From contig NC_092679.1 in NCBI RefSeq assembly GCF_964355755.1, forward strand, positions 15,297,432 to 15,361,431: a stretch of DNA of 64,000 bases, read 5' to 3'. Origin of the DNA: Antedon mediterranea. Taxonomy: Eukaryota > Animalia > Echinodermata. The notes under the pieces are model-generated. The model saw only the letters and a list, made by a program, of their open reading frames with translations. It was not told where the DNA came from and searched no databases. Both the position numbers and the translations under genes were made by a program. Positions 40,435-53,412 of this stretch are shown here, piece after piece (position 1 is the stretch's first letter; each line of letters opens with the position of its first letter).

Positions 40435-40798
40435 TTAAATGGTAAAAAAAGGCTATTGTTGCTAGAAAGAATTATTGATCTATCCTCGCTTAGTCAATGA
40501 CAAAATAATATTATAATAATGGGCCTAATAAAATCGATATATCTATTTCCTCAAAAATACATAAAATGACAAAATAATCAAAACGACATACAGACGATGG
40601 CAGTCGAGGAACAAGTTGCTATGCGTACAAGTTTTTGACTGCCATTTGTGACACAAATTATAACCTAACCCAAAGATGTTATTCCATTTATAATTCATGA
40701 AGACAAGGGATTTTCCCTTTGCCTCTTTACAATTTAAATTGCTTTAATAGTATCCGCACTATATCCCTTTATGATATTTTTAAAATTAATATTATCTA

Positions 40799-40968
40799 AA
40801 GCGTGGTTCCCACTAGCGACGCAACACAAGGATGTAACGCAACGCAAGTGAATTGACCAATCACAGGCGATGGCTTATTATTAACTGTCTATAACTTCGC
40901 TTGTCATTGGTTAAAACGCTTGCGTTGCGTTTACGACCTTGCGTCACGTTCTAGTGGGAGCCAAACTT
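40799..40968. mobile_element. MITE, CCCACTAG family
   Basis: AAGCGTGGTTCCCACTAG...CTAGTGGGAGCCAAACTT. Confidence 0.8.
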
Positions 40969-41796
40969 GATGGCAAATCATTTCACAAGTGTGATCCAGT
41001 AGTCTACTTCAAAAAAATTAGTCTACTGTATAGTGGAGCTATATTTTTAATGTGCTTGTCTTCCAATCCCAAGGTCCGCGGTTCGATCATAACCTAGTGC
41101 CACAACTCTTTCAACGTCACTCCCTAAGCCTCAAATGAGACTGAGTTTATAAGCACAACAAATAGTTATAAAATCATTTATCAATGCTGTAATTTGCGCG
41201 TTACTTGCTGTTGGATGCGTATGAAATATTTTTTTTAATTTTTTTTATTCAATTTATTGATATAATGTTAACAGTAAGTAAGACATAATCAAATAGTATA
41301 ATGTTTATTATATTTAAATAATAAAAATAATTAAATAGAGTAAAAAACTGATCTTACTGTTTGTTCACATTTGTAGCAGTAATTTTACTCTTTCCTTGTT
41401 ATATTAGGCCTATGTAGGCCTATAGTAGTCATATCTGCTAGTTAACCTACTTTCTCTGTTTTATATAGCTACAATATTTCAAATTTTATTAGGTAGTATA
41501 TTTCTAAAACATTAAACATCATAATATAAAATAATATGACCATGAATCTTGACCTGTTTACAACAAAGATAAAAAAAAGATACACAATAATAGTAATTTA
41601 AATCAAAAGTATAAAATATTGCCGTCGATAGCATGTGTGCTATATTCATTTTTTTGTTTCCGCTAATATCAAATATTGTTATAACAGATAGTTTAGAGTC
41701 AAACCTTACAATCTTGTTTTTGATATGTCGATATGTTTACACCACCCACCCCTTAGACTTGCGATATTTCCTTTTTATTTCAATATACTAGATATA

Positions 41797-42006
41797 ATCA
41801 AGGCAAATTAGGACACTGAGCTCGCTTTGCCAAGATAGGAACTCGTAACAGTCCTTTGATCTTATGTCTGGCTTCGACAAATACCGACAGTATATATTCT
41901 CCGCGGCGCACGGTGTCTGGAACCACGGCGTGGACTGATCGTGTCGTAGCCACAGATAATAACTTTGATCTCCCGGGGCTCGGCATCCGGTTGTTAGATT
42001 GCCTTC
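41797..42006 (-). repeat. unclassified fold-back repeat, copy 1
   Basis: The reverse complement aligns along about 170 nt with 62702-62880. Confidence 0.75.
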
Positions 42007-45000
42007 ATATAACCAAGTGTTTATAGTGGCACACACAGCGGCATATAATACAAGGCATGAGTCGCTTTGAAGTACAATTTGTTTATTTACCATAACATAA
42101 ATATAACATGTTATGTGTTTAATTAACAACTATAAAAATATGCGGCCACATTAATCTGGTAATAGATACACGAATACTATAATTATGGTATAAGTATGGT
42201 AACTTATTAGCTGAGGTTTGTATATATAATTAAACAATTCGAGGTTTTAAGATCTTTGAATAGGATTGTTCGATATAAAATCAAAGTGAGATCTATTTTG
42301 TTAAATTAACCACTAAATTAACCTGATTTTCACGACCTCTGAATTGTTATTATTGCATTTAGACCGTAATTATTGTTCAAGTTTTGACATTTCTTTCAAT
42401 AGAGTTTAACCCACTTAAATCTCTTCTATTGCTGATTTTTCTTATTGAAGGACATGTCCAAATATCCTTTCTAAAGAGGCCAATCATCTGAATAAGGCAC
42501 ATAAGTGTATGTCCACTTAGCAACATCTTTTTATTACGTTAACATTTTCCCTTTTTTGTAATCGCAAAATAATGTAAAAAATTAGAATTGTAAGAGTACT
42601 TTTACATGAAGTAAAATATCATCTGTTGCATGTATAGACTTATTATTACTATTGGGTATGTATCTTTAATATCACGGTACATGCCGTATTAATACTACCG
42701 AATATATAGGGTGATTAATGGTGATAACGAACAGCACTATTGCACTCAGTGTTTTTCTTTTTGTATACAGTGGTACCCCTATAACAAAGTGTTACCTGAT
42801 TAGGGGTTGGCTGTAGCAATTATATATTGGTCTTCGTTTGTTTCATTAATGTGTTCCCTTGGTAGAAGTTCTACTGTTGTGCCACCGCGAAGTTATTGCC
42901 TGTGGTGTGCGCGACCTGTCGCTTGTCATTGGTTAACTAGCTTCCGTTGCGCTTACATTCCTTGCGTTATGTCCTATTGAGATTGACTTATTTAACACCC
43001 GATTCTGCTACTGTCCACAGGTGCTATCTGTAAAACTATAGCAAGTTATACACGTTGTTGTCTGCTATTTAAATAGGTAGTGTAAACATTTTAATTTTCT
43101 CTATTCAACAGTCATTATATATTAAATTATACGAGATAAAGAAGGAGATAAATACTTAGTGTCAATGTTCTAATTGTGTCTGTTTTTGCTACCTCTATCC
43201 AGCCAAATTAGCATACATACTATGACGACTACAAGCCTACATATTTTTTCTTAAAAAGCGAAAAATGTGTTTATCAGTTCTAAATTTAAAAACTATTCCA
43301 GTCTTTTTTGGGGGATTTCAGTTTTAAGTAGAAATAGTAGTTTTATGATTAGTGTTTTCCATACATAGCAGAGACAGGAGTTTTATATTATCACAGTACA
43401 CTTTATATTCTGTGACGCCTGACTTCCTTAGAATTGTATATTGAATAATGCATGACGGTGAACCCGACAATTAGCCGACACAACAAAGTGAACATTAAAA
43501 TGCTAATTGAGCAAAGTTGTTCGTACAACCCTTTAACAATAGTCTACCACTGCGTAACCAAACACGCTTAATATTCAATCGTAAGTTTACTTTTACAGTA
43601 ACTTAAGATGAATTAAGTTACCGCAATTCTGGATGGGAGGCTAATAGCAGACGATGTAGTGTATTTCACGGGTATTTAACCAATGAACAGTGAGCGTTTT
43701 GGTCAGGTATAATCTTTCTAAATTGTGTCCTTTAGTTTTTTGACACAGTTTGTGTTGCATCAATAACACCATGAAATGATTGTTGACGGAACAATCTTTG
43801 AACCTTATTTTCCATTAAGTGAGAAGACATCGAGTCTAGCCTATTAAGTCTGTTTACAGATGACGTGTAAAGGTACTTTGAATTACAACAGTTAAATAAC
43901 ATGATACCAACGTTGGAAATAAAGTTATTTTTTCGGCAAACATTTAAAAGCTCAATATCGAAGAAAGCACCTGTTTTGCTTAAATTGTATCTTTAAATTC
44001 TTAAATTTAGGCATGGTAAAATGCAACAAGTAATAAATCAATGAAAGATTAATTTGATGGGGATATAATTATTCACAGTTATAAATATGTATAACTGATA
44101 ATAGAAAATAGTGACTAGGCCAGAATTATCCGAGTTGCTACCAAATTGGAAGTAATGGTTTCAGCGTCTTTGTGGATTTTTACCGATAACGATTGAATTT
44201 CCATAAAATTTCTCTTTTTCCTCTTTTTTTGTGGCGTTAAACAGTACTTTGATTAACTTCATTTTCAAATGATTAATGCAATGATTTTATACTTCTTCCT
44301 AATTTATTTATTTTAATGTTTTTCTGATTTTTTCCCCAATTATTTTCTTATATTTCTCCTATCCTTTATACGATTCGATCAGTAGTATATTCGTAAACAA
44401 TTCTATATAGTTTTTATTTCTTGCATTATCCATTTTTGTTCCATAATTTTCTTTTATTTTTGCTACTTTGCTCTACATCTAAAACTTAAATATTAAAATT
44501 TACGTTACAAAAACTTTTTTTTTTAATATATCGTAATTATTTTTCACATTTTCCTTGTTTTAGACCTATATTTATCGTTTAACAATATGTCCCTGTACAT
44601 GTACACACAAACACACAAAAGGGCATATATTCACATACATGTATGATTTCATACATATCATATATACCCACATATATAAGGCATATATACATACACATTT
44701 ACAATTTATAAAATTGTCTTTGTGGACAATAGTCCGTCATGATTCAACCAAAACGAAACAAGATTGTTAGAAATAAAAAAGCATTTTTGTACCTTTACCG
44801 TGAAAGCATAAAGAAACAAAAATATGTAACACACGTAAATCATTATTGTAATATCAAACTAGTATACAGTAGTCTAAGGCATGTATTAAACAATTGTATA
44901 CTGAACTCATAAACAACTCTATGTCGCCATTTATTATATTATTAGGGTATAAATGTTTTACACAAAATTCCGGAAGTGGTTCCTTACAGATGTATTCAAA

Positions 45001-45350
45001 GAAGTTTTAAAAGACTTGTTCCGTTCACACTATTAAAAATACATTACGTTATTAGTCGGCATTTAGAACCTCAATAGAAAACAGAACAGAAGGCTATATT
45101 TCGCGGTATATTAGTTAACTTATCAAAAGATAGTGGTAACTGACTTATTAGGCAATGCTTGCTACTTTTTAGAATCCTTTTCTTGTACAACAATTAGCGC
45201 GGCCAACGGCAAAGGTTTAAAGGCGCCAACCTTTCTTTCATTACATTTTGTTAAATAAAACGCCGATTGAAATGCTCCTTTTTATAGCTTCCTGTTGATA
45301 TCTGTTGGGTGTATTTTTCAATTGTTTTTTATTCAGTTTGTACGTTGTAT

Positions 45351-45513
45351 TAAGCTCTGTCTACACTATCGAACTTTATGTGATTCAAAAAAACGTGATC
45401 ATATGGACATAATGATGTCATATTACTACCATATTATTTGAGCATATCATTGCCATATTTGGGCATATCACACTTTTTTTTCAAACTAGTTTGATAGTGT
45501 AGCCAGAGCCTTA
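45351..45513. mobile_element. MITE with GCTCTGTCTACACTATC TIRs
   Basis: TAAGCTCTGTCTACACTATC...GATAGTGTAGCCAGAGCCTTA. Relatives at about 34350-34425, 49230-49300 and 57960-58085. Confidence 0.7.
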
Positions 45514-46789
45514 TCGATATTATTATTCCATTTGTTTATTCCCACATCATCTATAATACATAAATGTATTAACACCTTTTTTTATCAATAGGCAAACATA
45601 CAAAACAGTATGAATAATTATCTTATAATATATCATAATATCATTAAATAATAATGTTAAAACCCCCATATAGAGAATCTTTTTTTTTAAATTCTAATTT
45701 GTTATGCAATCTTGCAAGAAAAGAACTATTTTAACGCAGAATCAATATACTTTTATACCTAACTGTACTAAACTATATAACAAGTTTTATATTTTCTCGT
45801 GAGTTGTATGCTATTAGTGTTAACCATACCAATTGATTGCGATACATACCTGTAATCTCCAAGTTTTTACTTGTAATTTATATGATTTGAAATTATATAG
45901 TTAATGAATGAATTGACTCGAATTAATTGATTTAAAAACATATATTACCGAATAATGTTGATAATGGTTAATTATAAAAATTATACAAATAATTTGTATG
46001 TAAACCATGGAATTATTGTGATTTGCTATGGCAATTATTATCTACAGTATTAATATGGTAAAATAAAGAAATAAAATAACGTAGTAGTTATTGCATACAA
46101 TATAATGGACAAATATTATTATATTGAAAAAATAAATTAATATTTGAATGTATGGATGAGTGACGTATGTTAATAACAGATATCACTGCAAAAGATAGAA
46201 ACGAATGAATTAATTATTAAGTTAATTTATAACCTTAATTAAATAGAAGTGGATAACATTACGTTGAATAATAGATATTATTTAGAATATAAATAAGGGT
46301 ATTTTTACCAACTATGGGAGCCTTTATTCTTAATTCTAAGTGCATTATTCACCCAGCCTTTATATTGTTTTATCATTTAATACCTCTTTAGTTACAATAA
46401 CATGTTGTCGCTTCGCTGTATCTTTGTTAAAAGATACCCCGAGAATTCGTAATTGTTTTAATTAACAAACACTCGCCGACCCATCACCCCTAATCCAGTC
46501 ATTCAGTTAGTTCTATACATATAATTATCAGCTCAATTAGTATAAGTATCGGATTGAATGAATAGTGTATCTAATTTAATTCATGAACACGACGTGTTTA
46601 GTATCTGTCTCCAATGAAAAACGTCTTCAAACACGGCCGACAGGTGATAGAACATCGAGACAGATTTAGGCCTACAGAACATGCGCAAACGCCGATGTGT
46701 GGGATCAAGGAGTTATTACATACAACTCCTTGCTTAGTGCGTGAGAAAGTTATGGTAATATTGTAAAATTAATCATGGTTCCCGCTTAA

Positions 46790-47030
46790 AGATGTATTAT
46801 CCCCCTGAAAAAACAAAATTTATTTACCTGAAAAAACTGTAATTTATTAAAGCAAAAAATTGTCAAGTTGACTGCCAGCCAATGGATTTTTGGTTGAATT
46901 TAACAATTTCGTATTTTATTTTATAAGTGAAAATAATTTTCGGGTTTTTATTTTTCTATGGAAGTGATTAACTTTATTAAAACTAATTAATTAATCTTAA
47001 TTTTTCATGTTTTTGGGGGACAATACATCT
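46790..47030. mobile_element. TTAA-flanked MITE (Kolobok/T2-like)
   Basis: TTAA|AGATGTATTATCCCCC...GGGGGACAATACATCT|TTAA. Confidence 0.85.
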
Positions 47031-47285
47031 TTAACTACCCATGTCAGTCCTAGTGATATGATAATATTATATGGAGCCCGTGGTAAGACAATGGAAAAAC
47101 AAAACTTTTTTTACATACAAAAATCATCGAAACTTACAAAAAATGTATATTTATTATGTTAATAAAACATGGGGAAAACAGTTATTTTCTTGATCACTGA
47201 TTCACCGCGTGATTGGGATTACGTTCTAAACTAGGCATATAGAATTAAGCTTTGTCCCCACTAGGGCCCGTAACGCAAGGACGTA

Positions 47286-47349
47286 ATACCCCTTTCACAC
47301 CAAACTCTGGAGTGCCTCCTGAGTTTTGCTTTTGATGTGAAAGGGGTAT
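47286..47349. mobile_element. 64-bp micro-MITE nested in a CCCACTAG-family MITE
   Basis: TA|ATACCCCTTTCACA...TGTGAAAGGGGTAT|TA interrupts GACGTA-GACGCAACG. Confidence 0.75.
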
Positions 47350-48802
47350 TAGACGCAACGCAAGCGAATTAATTAATGACACGTGACATTTCGAATCATC
47401 CATCGCTTGTGATTGGTCAAATCACTTGCGTTGCAAGAACGAGTAGTGGTGGCGCTATATTAAACAAATTAAGCTATCGCTACAAAACGTCAGACCATGG
47501 TATGGAGGCATATTCTACATTCTTATCATAAGTCACTGAGGGCGCTATCTATATTTAGATAAATTAAAAATATAATATAATTATTATTATTGAACCGTAA
47601 CAACAATGAAAATGATTAGTTCTTTTGCTTTTTAAACTTTACTTACTTTGGACGCACCTTCATTGAAGAATTGTGCCACTGTTTCAAAAGTATGACTTTT
47701 GTTAATGTTATTTTTTTTTATATCTTGTACATTAGTTAGTTTAAGTTTCCTTGTACGGCAAATAGGCCTATTGTTAAATAATGTTTTCCCTCTAACTGTA
47801 AATTAAAAAAAACTGATTAATTAAGACGTTAATATATCCTTGGTGATAAACGGCAAAAAGACAGGAAACGGAAAACAAAGAAAATATTTCCAGAAAATGT
47901 AATCTATACCTTGATACAGCATCACTTCCTTTTTATTCACAATGTTATCTGTCATTCCGGAGAACAGGAGAGTGCGCCACTAAACCACCAACACGGTTAA
48001 AACTTGGGATTAAAAACAAATAACAACTGCTACATATTCAGAAGTTATCCGGAACGTACATTGAAATAAAAGTGAATCATTTTAACGGAACGATTATTCG
48101 ATATACGATTGTGTAAGTATATTGTACTTATATTTTATGCCAGTATTGTGTTTTTAGTAATAAACAATATTACTGTAGGTAACATGTTTTTACTTCAGTG
48201 ATGCTAACTTTTTCTTGACTTGTAGAATCTATAGGTCTAGGATAATTTTTAAACTATGGTTTTAGCAAGAGTATGTGGTGGCTCACTCTTACCTGGTCTT
48301 AGCTATTATTATTTCTATTCATGTGTTTATTAATATTAATATCTCTATGATTCTATTAAGTACATTACTCGTTGACAATTTAGTTGTTACATGTGGCATA
48401 TATATTACTTGTACCAGCAACGTTTGAACGTTTTTTACTGTTGTCACGTGATGTATGCGAAAGCTATGTTATAACAGTTTATTGATGTTTGGTTATCTCT
48501 ACAGACAATTATCACAAATGTATTTGAGACTCATTATGTTGTTCTTAATTTTTTTAACTATATTTGAATTACTTCGAGTTTGTTCTGTTTTTATAAAGTG
48601 TGTCTCATAAAAAGAATTAATACGATATGATCTTACAAAGGATTTATGTTGCTGGCATTGTCATGTTTTGAGTAGGATAATGTGGTTTGGCGTTGAGCAA
48701 GATAAACTATTCCTATTCCAATCTGCTAATTACATCAGGAAAGTGGGCATTTTGTTTTAATCTCTTAGTGTGTTTTACGTTGCAGAAGACCTGTTATACA
48801 CA

Positions 48803-51800
48803 ATGTGTGGGAGCCAGTATCGACCCGGACATAAATTTCAACAAGTTGTGCTCTTCCTATCATTGCTCACTACTACCACTTGTATTGGCTCTAAAATCAG
48901 TGAGTATTATTCCGTGTGGACGGTAATTGTTCTGTTAGAACGTGCAATCATGAAGGAAACTAATTCTTACATGGCGTAATCTCGGGATATCCGGAAACTC
49001 CTGAAGTAGTTTTGGATTTGTTTTTTTAATTGCCACTACAGTAAGGCTAATACCTAACTATATCTAGGAGGAAGAAATTGGGTCTATTGCTACACCCTAT
49101 ATATGCTATAATATATTTTTAACCCCAAAAAATAAATTATTATAGAAAAGCAATTATAATTAAATAGTTGTAATAATGTTATAATTGTTTGTCATAATTC
49201 ATATTTATCTATTATCATTCATCACATTTTATGTGACAAAAACATGTGATGTGCATAAGTACTGTATATGGACACGATTACGTCATATCACTACCATATT
49301 TGATTAATTGTGACCCATGGGTCTGTTACAAATTGTGAATTGATCGACCAAATTATATTTTTTATATTATTTATAAAGGTTATAATGTCTATCATTCGTT
49401 CAATCTTGTATTCGTCACGTAATGCTTTCTGTTAATGTAACTTCTATCTACTTGTTTTCGTTTTGTAGAAACTAAACTATACGGACAAACAGTTTTAATC
49501 TGTTCGCCAACTGCCTCGTGTGAACAGAGATGCGGATCAGTATTAGACGAAAAAGCAACGTGCAGCTGCGATGCCGATTGTTCATTGTTCAGAGATTGCT
49601 GTTACGACTCAGATACTTGCCATTTTCCACAACGTCAATTGCTAAAAAATGAAGCAACGTCTGGTAAAAAGACTAAATGTTTTAAAACAAATCCAGACTC
49701 AGTAGTAGGATATCGTGTAGTTGTTTCGTGTTTGGACCGAACAACTAGCACATCAGTTAGAACGAAATGTGAAAAACCAGATAGAGGCAACATTCTACAA
49801 ATGATACTAGTTACAAATTCACGAGGAAATATTTATCGAAATATTTATTGCGCTGCTTGTGATGGCGTACAGACGACAGATTTGGTTGCTTGGCACATGA
49901 CAGCATCATGTGACTATGATGATGTAAGACGTGAAGCAACCGTTGATAAATCCGAATCATTCTCTACTGTTTCTTCGTCGAGTGTTCAGCAACCGATGCT
50001 GCACGACAAACTTGGACACAAAGTGACATGTCAATCATATAAATACACGCCACCAAAAAACAGAACGCAACCGCGACCTTGCATTTTAGGTAAAGAAACC
50101 TGTCCTGATCTCTATCGAGACAAAGAGACAACAAATGGGTGCGTGAGTTATGCAGCAGTTGTATTTAAAGACGATGTTGCTTATAGAAATCCTCATTGTG
50201 TTATTTGTAATGGATACAGTACGTACACGTGTCAACCACCTCAAACGGATGGGGGGCGAGAAACAATAGACCGTGGTGATCGTGGTGAACCGAGTAGACC
50301 TGGATTACCAGGCCAAGCTGGTGGTCCACAAGGTCCAGAAGGTCCCCGACCTGTGCCACCACGTCCCCAACCTGGTCCAGACGGACCACCAAAACCTTCC
50401 TACACAACATTAGATATACTCGTCAACTTTGCTGATGGGCAGATTAGCTTACAATCAAAATACATATCATATACAGACAATCCTTTTGACTGTGGTGTTG
50501 GGAGAGTGTATAATTACATTATGGAGGAATGCATACAACTTAAATGTCCTGCTGGTTTTATGCTATCGGGATCAAGCTGCATACCCATCATCAGTCGAGA
50601 TAGACCGAGACAGGTACCTAAAAGCAAATGTAGTCGAAAACCTCCAGTAACACCAGATGAAACTTTCTGTTTGTGTCAAAGTTCCGAGCATCAAGTCAGA
50701 GTATCATATTTCGTAAACAATTCTTCGATGACAGTTGATTTGAAAGATCACGTGATGGACAACATTGTTGATACTAATATTACCGCTTTGTATGCAACGG
50801 ATCAGGAGTATGAAAATGAACTTTTATTTTCTAATATTTCTCTAGTGACGTCTGATTGTCAAGAAGTTGCTTATTTGTTATCAGTAGTCGAAAACTGGAT
50901 TTATGCAAAAGACAGAGCAACATCGATGGAGTTTATATCATTTAAACATGAATGTTTAAGTAACAGTGATGATATACCTACAGCCCAAAACAACACTTGT
51001 GTCAGTGACAATTTTCCTGTCGATCAACTAATTGTACATAATTTTAATAGGACGAGGATGATCATAGCCGGTAAAAATTCAATTCATGTTCCAGAGAGCG
51101 GTTACTCATTGGAGATGACCTATGACATTCAAAATGACTCATCAATATGCGTCAGTTTTACTTTAAACTCTTGCATGCATTCTCTGCCAGTAAGTTCTTG
51201 TCCATTAGTTGAACTCAAGTACGAGTCATTTATAAAACATAATGGCAATGCCACTCTCTTACACAAAGCGACTGGCAAAATATTCTCTTCCGTTGAGTAC
51301 AGTCTAACATTAAATGGCACCATTCTGGTTTGTTCATTCTTTAATCAAACTGCAGAACCATTTGGAAGAAGTCTATTTATCTATTCTGACACTCTTAAAG
51401 TCGTGAACCTCATCGGAGTCATTTTGTCTTTGATTGGTTTGTTCCTAACATTCGCAATACGGTGTGCAATTCGAGAACTAAGAACCCACTCGGGAAAGAT
51501 CATAATGAACTTGTCTTTTGCTCTTTTCATAGCTCAGTCTTTAACACTGCTGCAAGGATATTTTCTGTTTGACCCAGTAGTCTGTAGTGTCGCTGCAGCT
51601 GTGCTCCATTATATCTGGCTGGTTGCATTTCTCTGGATGAACTCTATGGCAATTGATTTGTTCCGAATATTTCGTGCCATTAAACTTACCATCAAAGATA
51701 GCGATCGTGACCGAGTCGTCTTTAGAAGATACATGCTCTACAGTTGGTGTTCTCCGGTAGTCATCGTCTGCATTCTCTTGGGCGTTCATTTTTCAGACGT

Positions 51801-52693
51801 GGCTGATCATTCAGTGTTTCATTTTAAATATGGTGACGAATCCGTTTGTTGGATTCGTGATGAATTTGCTACCCTTGTGGTTTTTGGTATACCAATTGGT
51901 TTGGTCATCATCGTGAATTTCATCTTATTTGTATGTACCATTTATGGTATTAGGAAAGCAAAGCACTCATCTACGCGTATCCAAAACAAATCCAAAAGGG
52001 ACCAGATATCAGAAGAACTGACAATATACATTAGAGTAAGTATAAGGCAATGTCTTGTATGTCATAAAATAGTTTGCGATGACCTGTGAGATTTATGCCT
52101 AATCCGAATCTTTCGATTTTCTTGTGACGTCATTTTAATAAATTGTGCTCTTGTCGTCGATGGGTCTAGAGAATGACCTTTTTTATTCTGTATCACAGAC
52201 ACGCGCACTTCAACCCTTTTTTGGGACGGTCGTCACGGTAAAATCGAATTTACTGAAACAAATGACGTAATACATAAGTCCTAGGTCGTCGCAAAACTCT
52301 TATATTGTGTGTTCCTAATCTAAAGGAAAGAGGTATAAAGCTGAAATGCTGAAGTTAATGTTATTCAAGATACAAGTATTTTATTTATTTAAAAACCAGT
52401 TGTATTATTATGTCTAATACCGATATCTCTTTCTCCAACAGATTTCAAGTATAATGGGACTAACGTGGGCATTTGGTTTTCTTGCTTCATTCGTTGATCA
52501 TACTGCTATCTGGTATATCTTTATCATACTCAACACTCTGCAAGGACTTTTCATATTCATTGCCTTCAACATTAACCGAAGCATGAAAGCTACTTTTAGA
52601 AATCGTGCCCGATTACAGAACAGTTCGACCAGTAGGACAGGCAATGATGGACACGAACATGTGAACTTAAGGATTTCGAGTAAAAACCCATAA
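48803..52693 (+). CDS. class B / adhesion-like (Methuselah-like) 7TM GPCR with somatomedin-B and Cys-rich ectodomain, paralog 2 (about 971 aa)
   Basis: Exons 48803-48899 (MCGSQ...VVLFLSLLTTTTC signal peptide, phase 1), 49469-52035 (SCEQRC...CSCDADCSLFRDCC, TM1-5) and 52442-52693 (ISSIMGLTWAFG...NTLQGLFIF). GT-AG introns, in frame. Clearly homologous to paralog 1. Confidence 0.92.
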
Positions 52694-53412
52694 ATATCGG
52701 CTATATCATATTATCAATAAATTGATTATATTTATGATTGCGTATCATACTATCGGACATTTGATAATCTAATAATGAAATAAAGTCAACAATGAAGAGA
52801 AAACAGTTGATAAAAAATATAGTAAAGACGATAGCAACTGATTGAAATAAAATTGTTTACTAAATAATTACTAACTAAACTAAATTATTTATAGAACATT
52901 TAAAAAAAAGAATTTTGGTTCAATAGTATATTATTCATTATATTGTACTGTAATGTCATGTAAAACTAAATTATATGATAGAGGGCGCAATATTATTCGT
53001 AAGAAAAAATCACACAGATAATTTTATATCGAAAGATCTAACAATAATTTCAAACACATGATGGTATTTGACCAATTGGGTAGCTGCAAGAGAATGTGAA
53101 ATTATGAAGCTGTTGATTATGACTTTTTTTAATTTAGATTACGATTTGTAAAATAATAATTACAGTAATATTTTATACAGCGCCACCTTCAATTTTTGCA
53201 TCTTTTGTCGTACGTTTTCACCAATTTCTTTTCAATCGTTAGCCACACTGCCCAGCAATGACATGTATTTCCGCATGTTGCATCATGATTGCGTGTACTT
53301 TATTATTAGTTTTAATCAGAGCCATATATGTGGATCTGATTTTAATCAACAAACACCGCCCTCAAACCAACCATGCGTAACCAGCATGGTTTATTTTTTG
53401 CCTTCAGTAGTT

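Noticed and set aside
41788-42129. 113-aa and 62-aa ORFs
   Set aside because: They overlap the fold-back repeat, and the frame is not preserved in the second copy.
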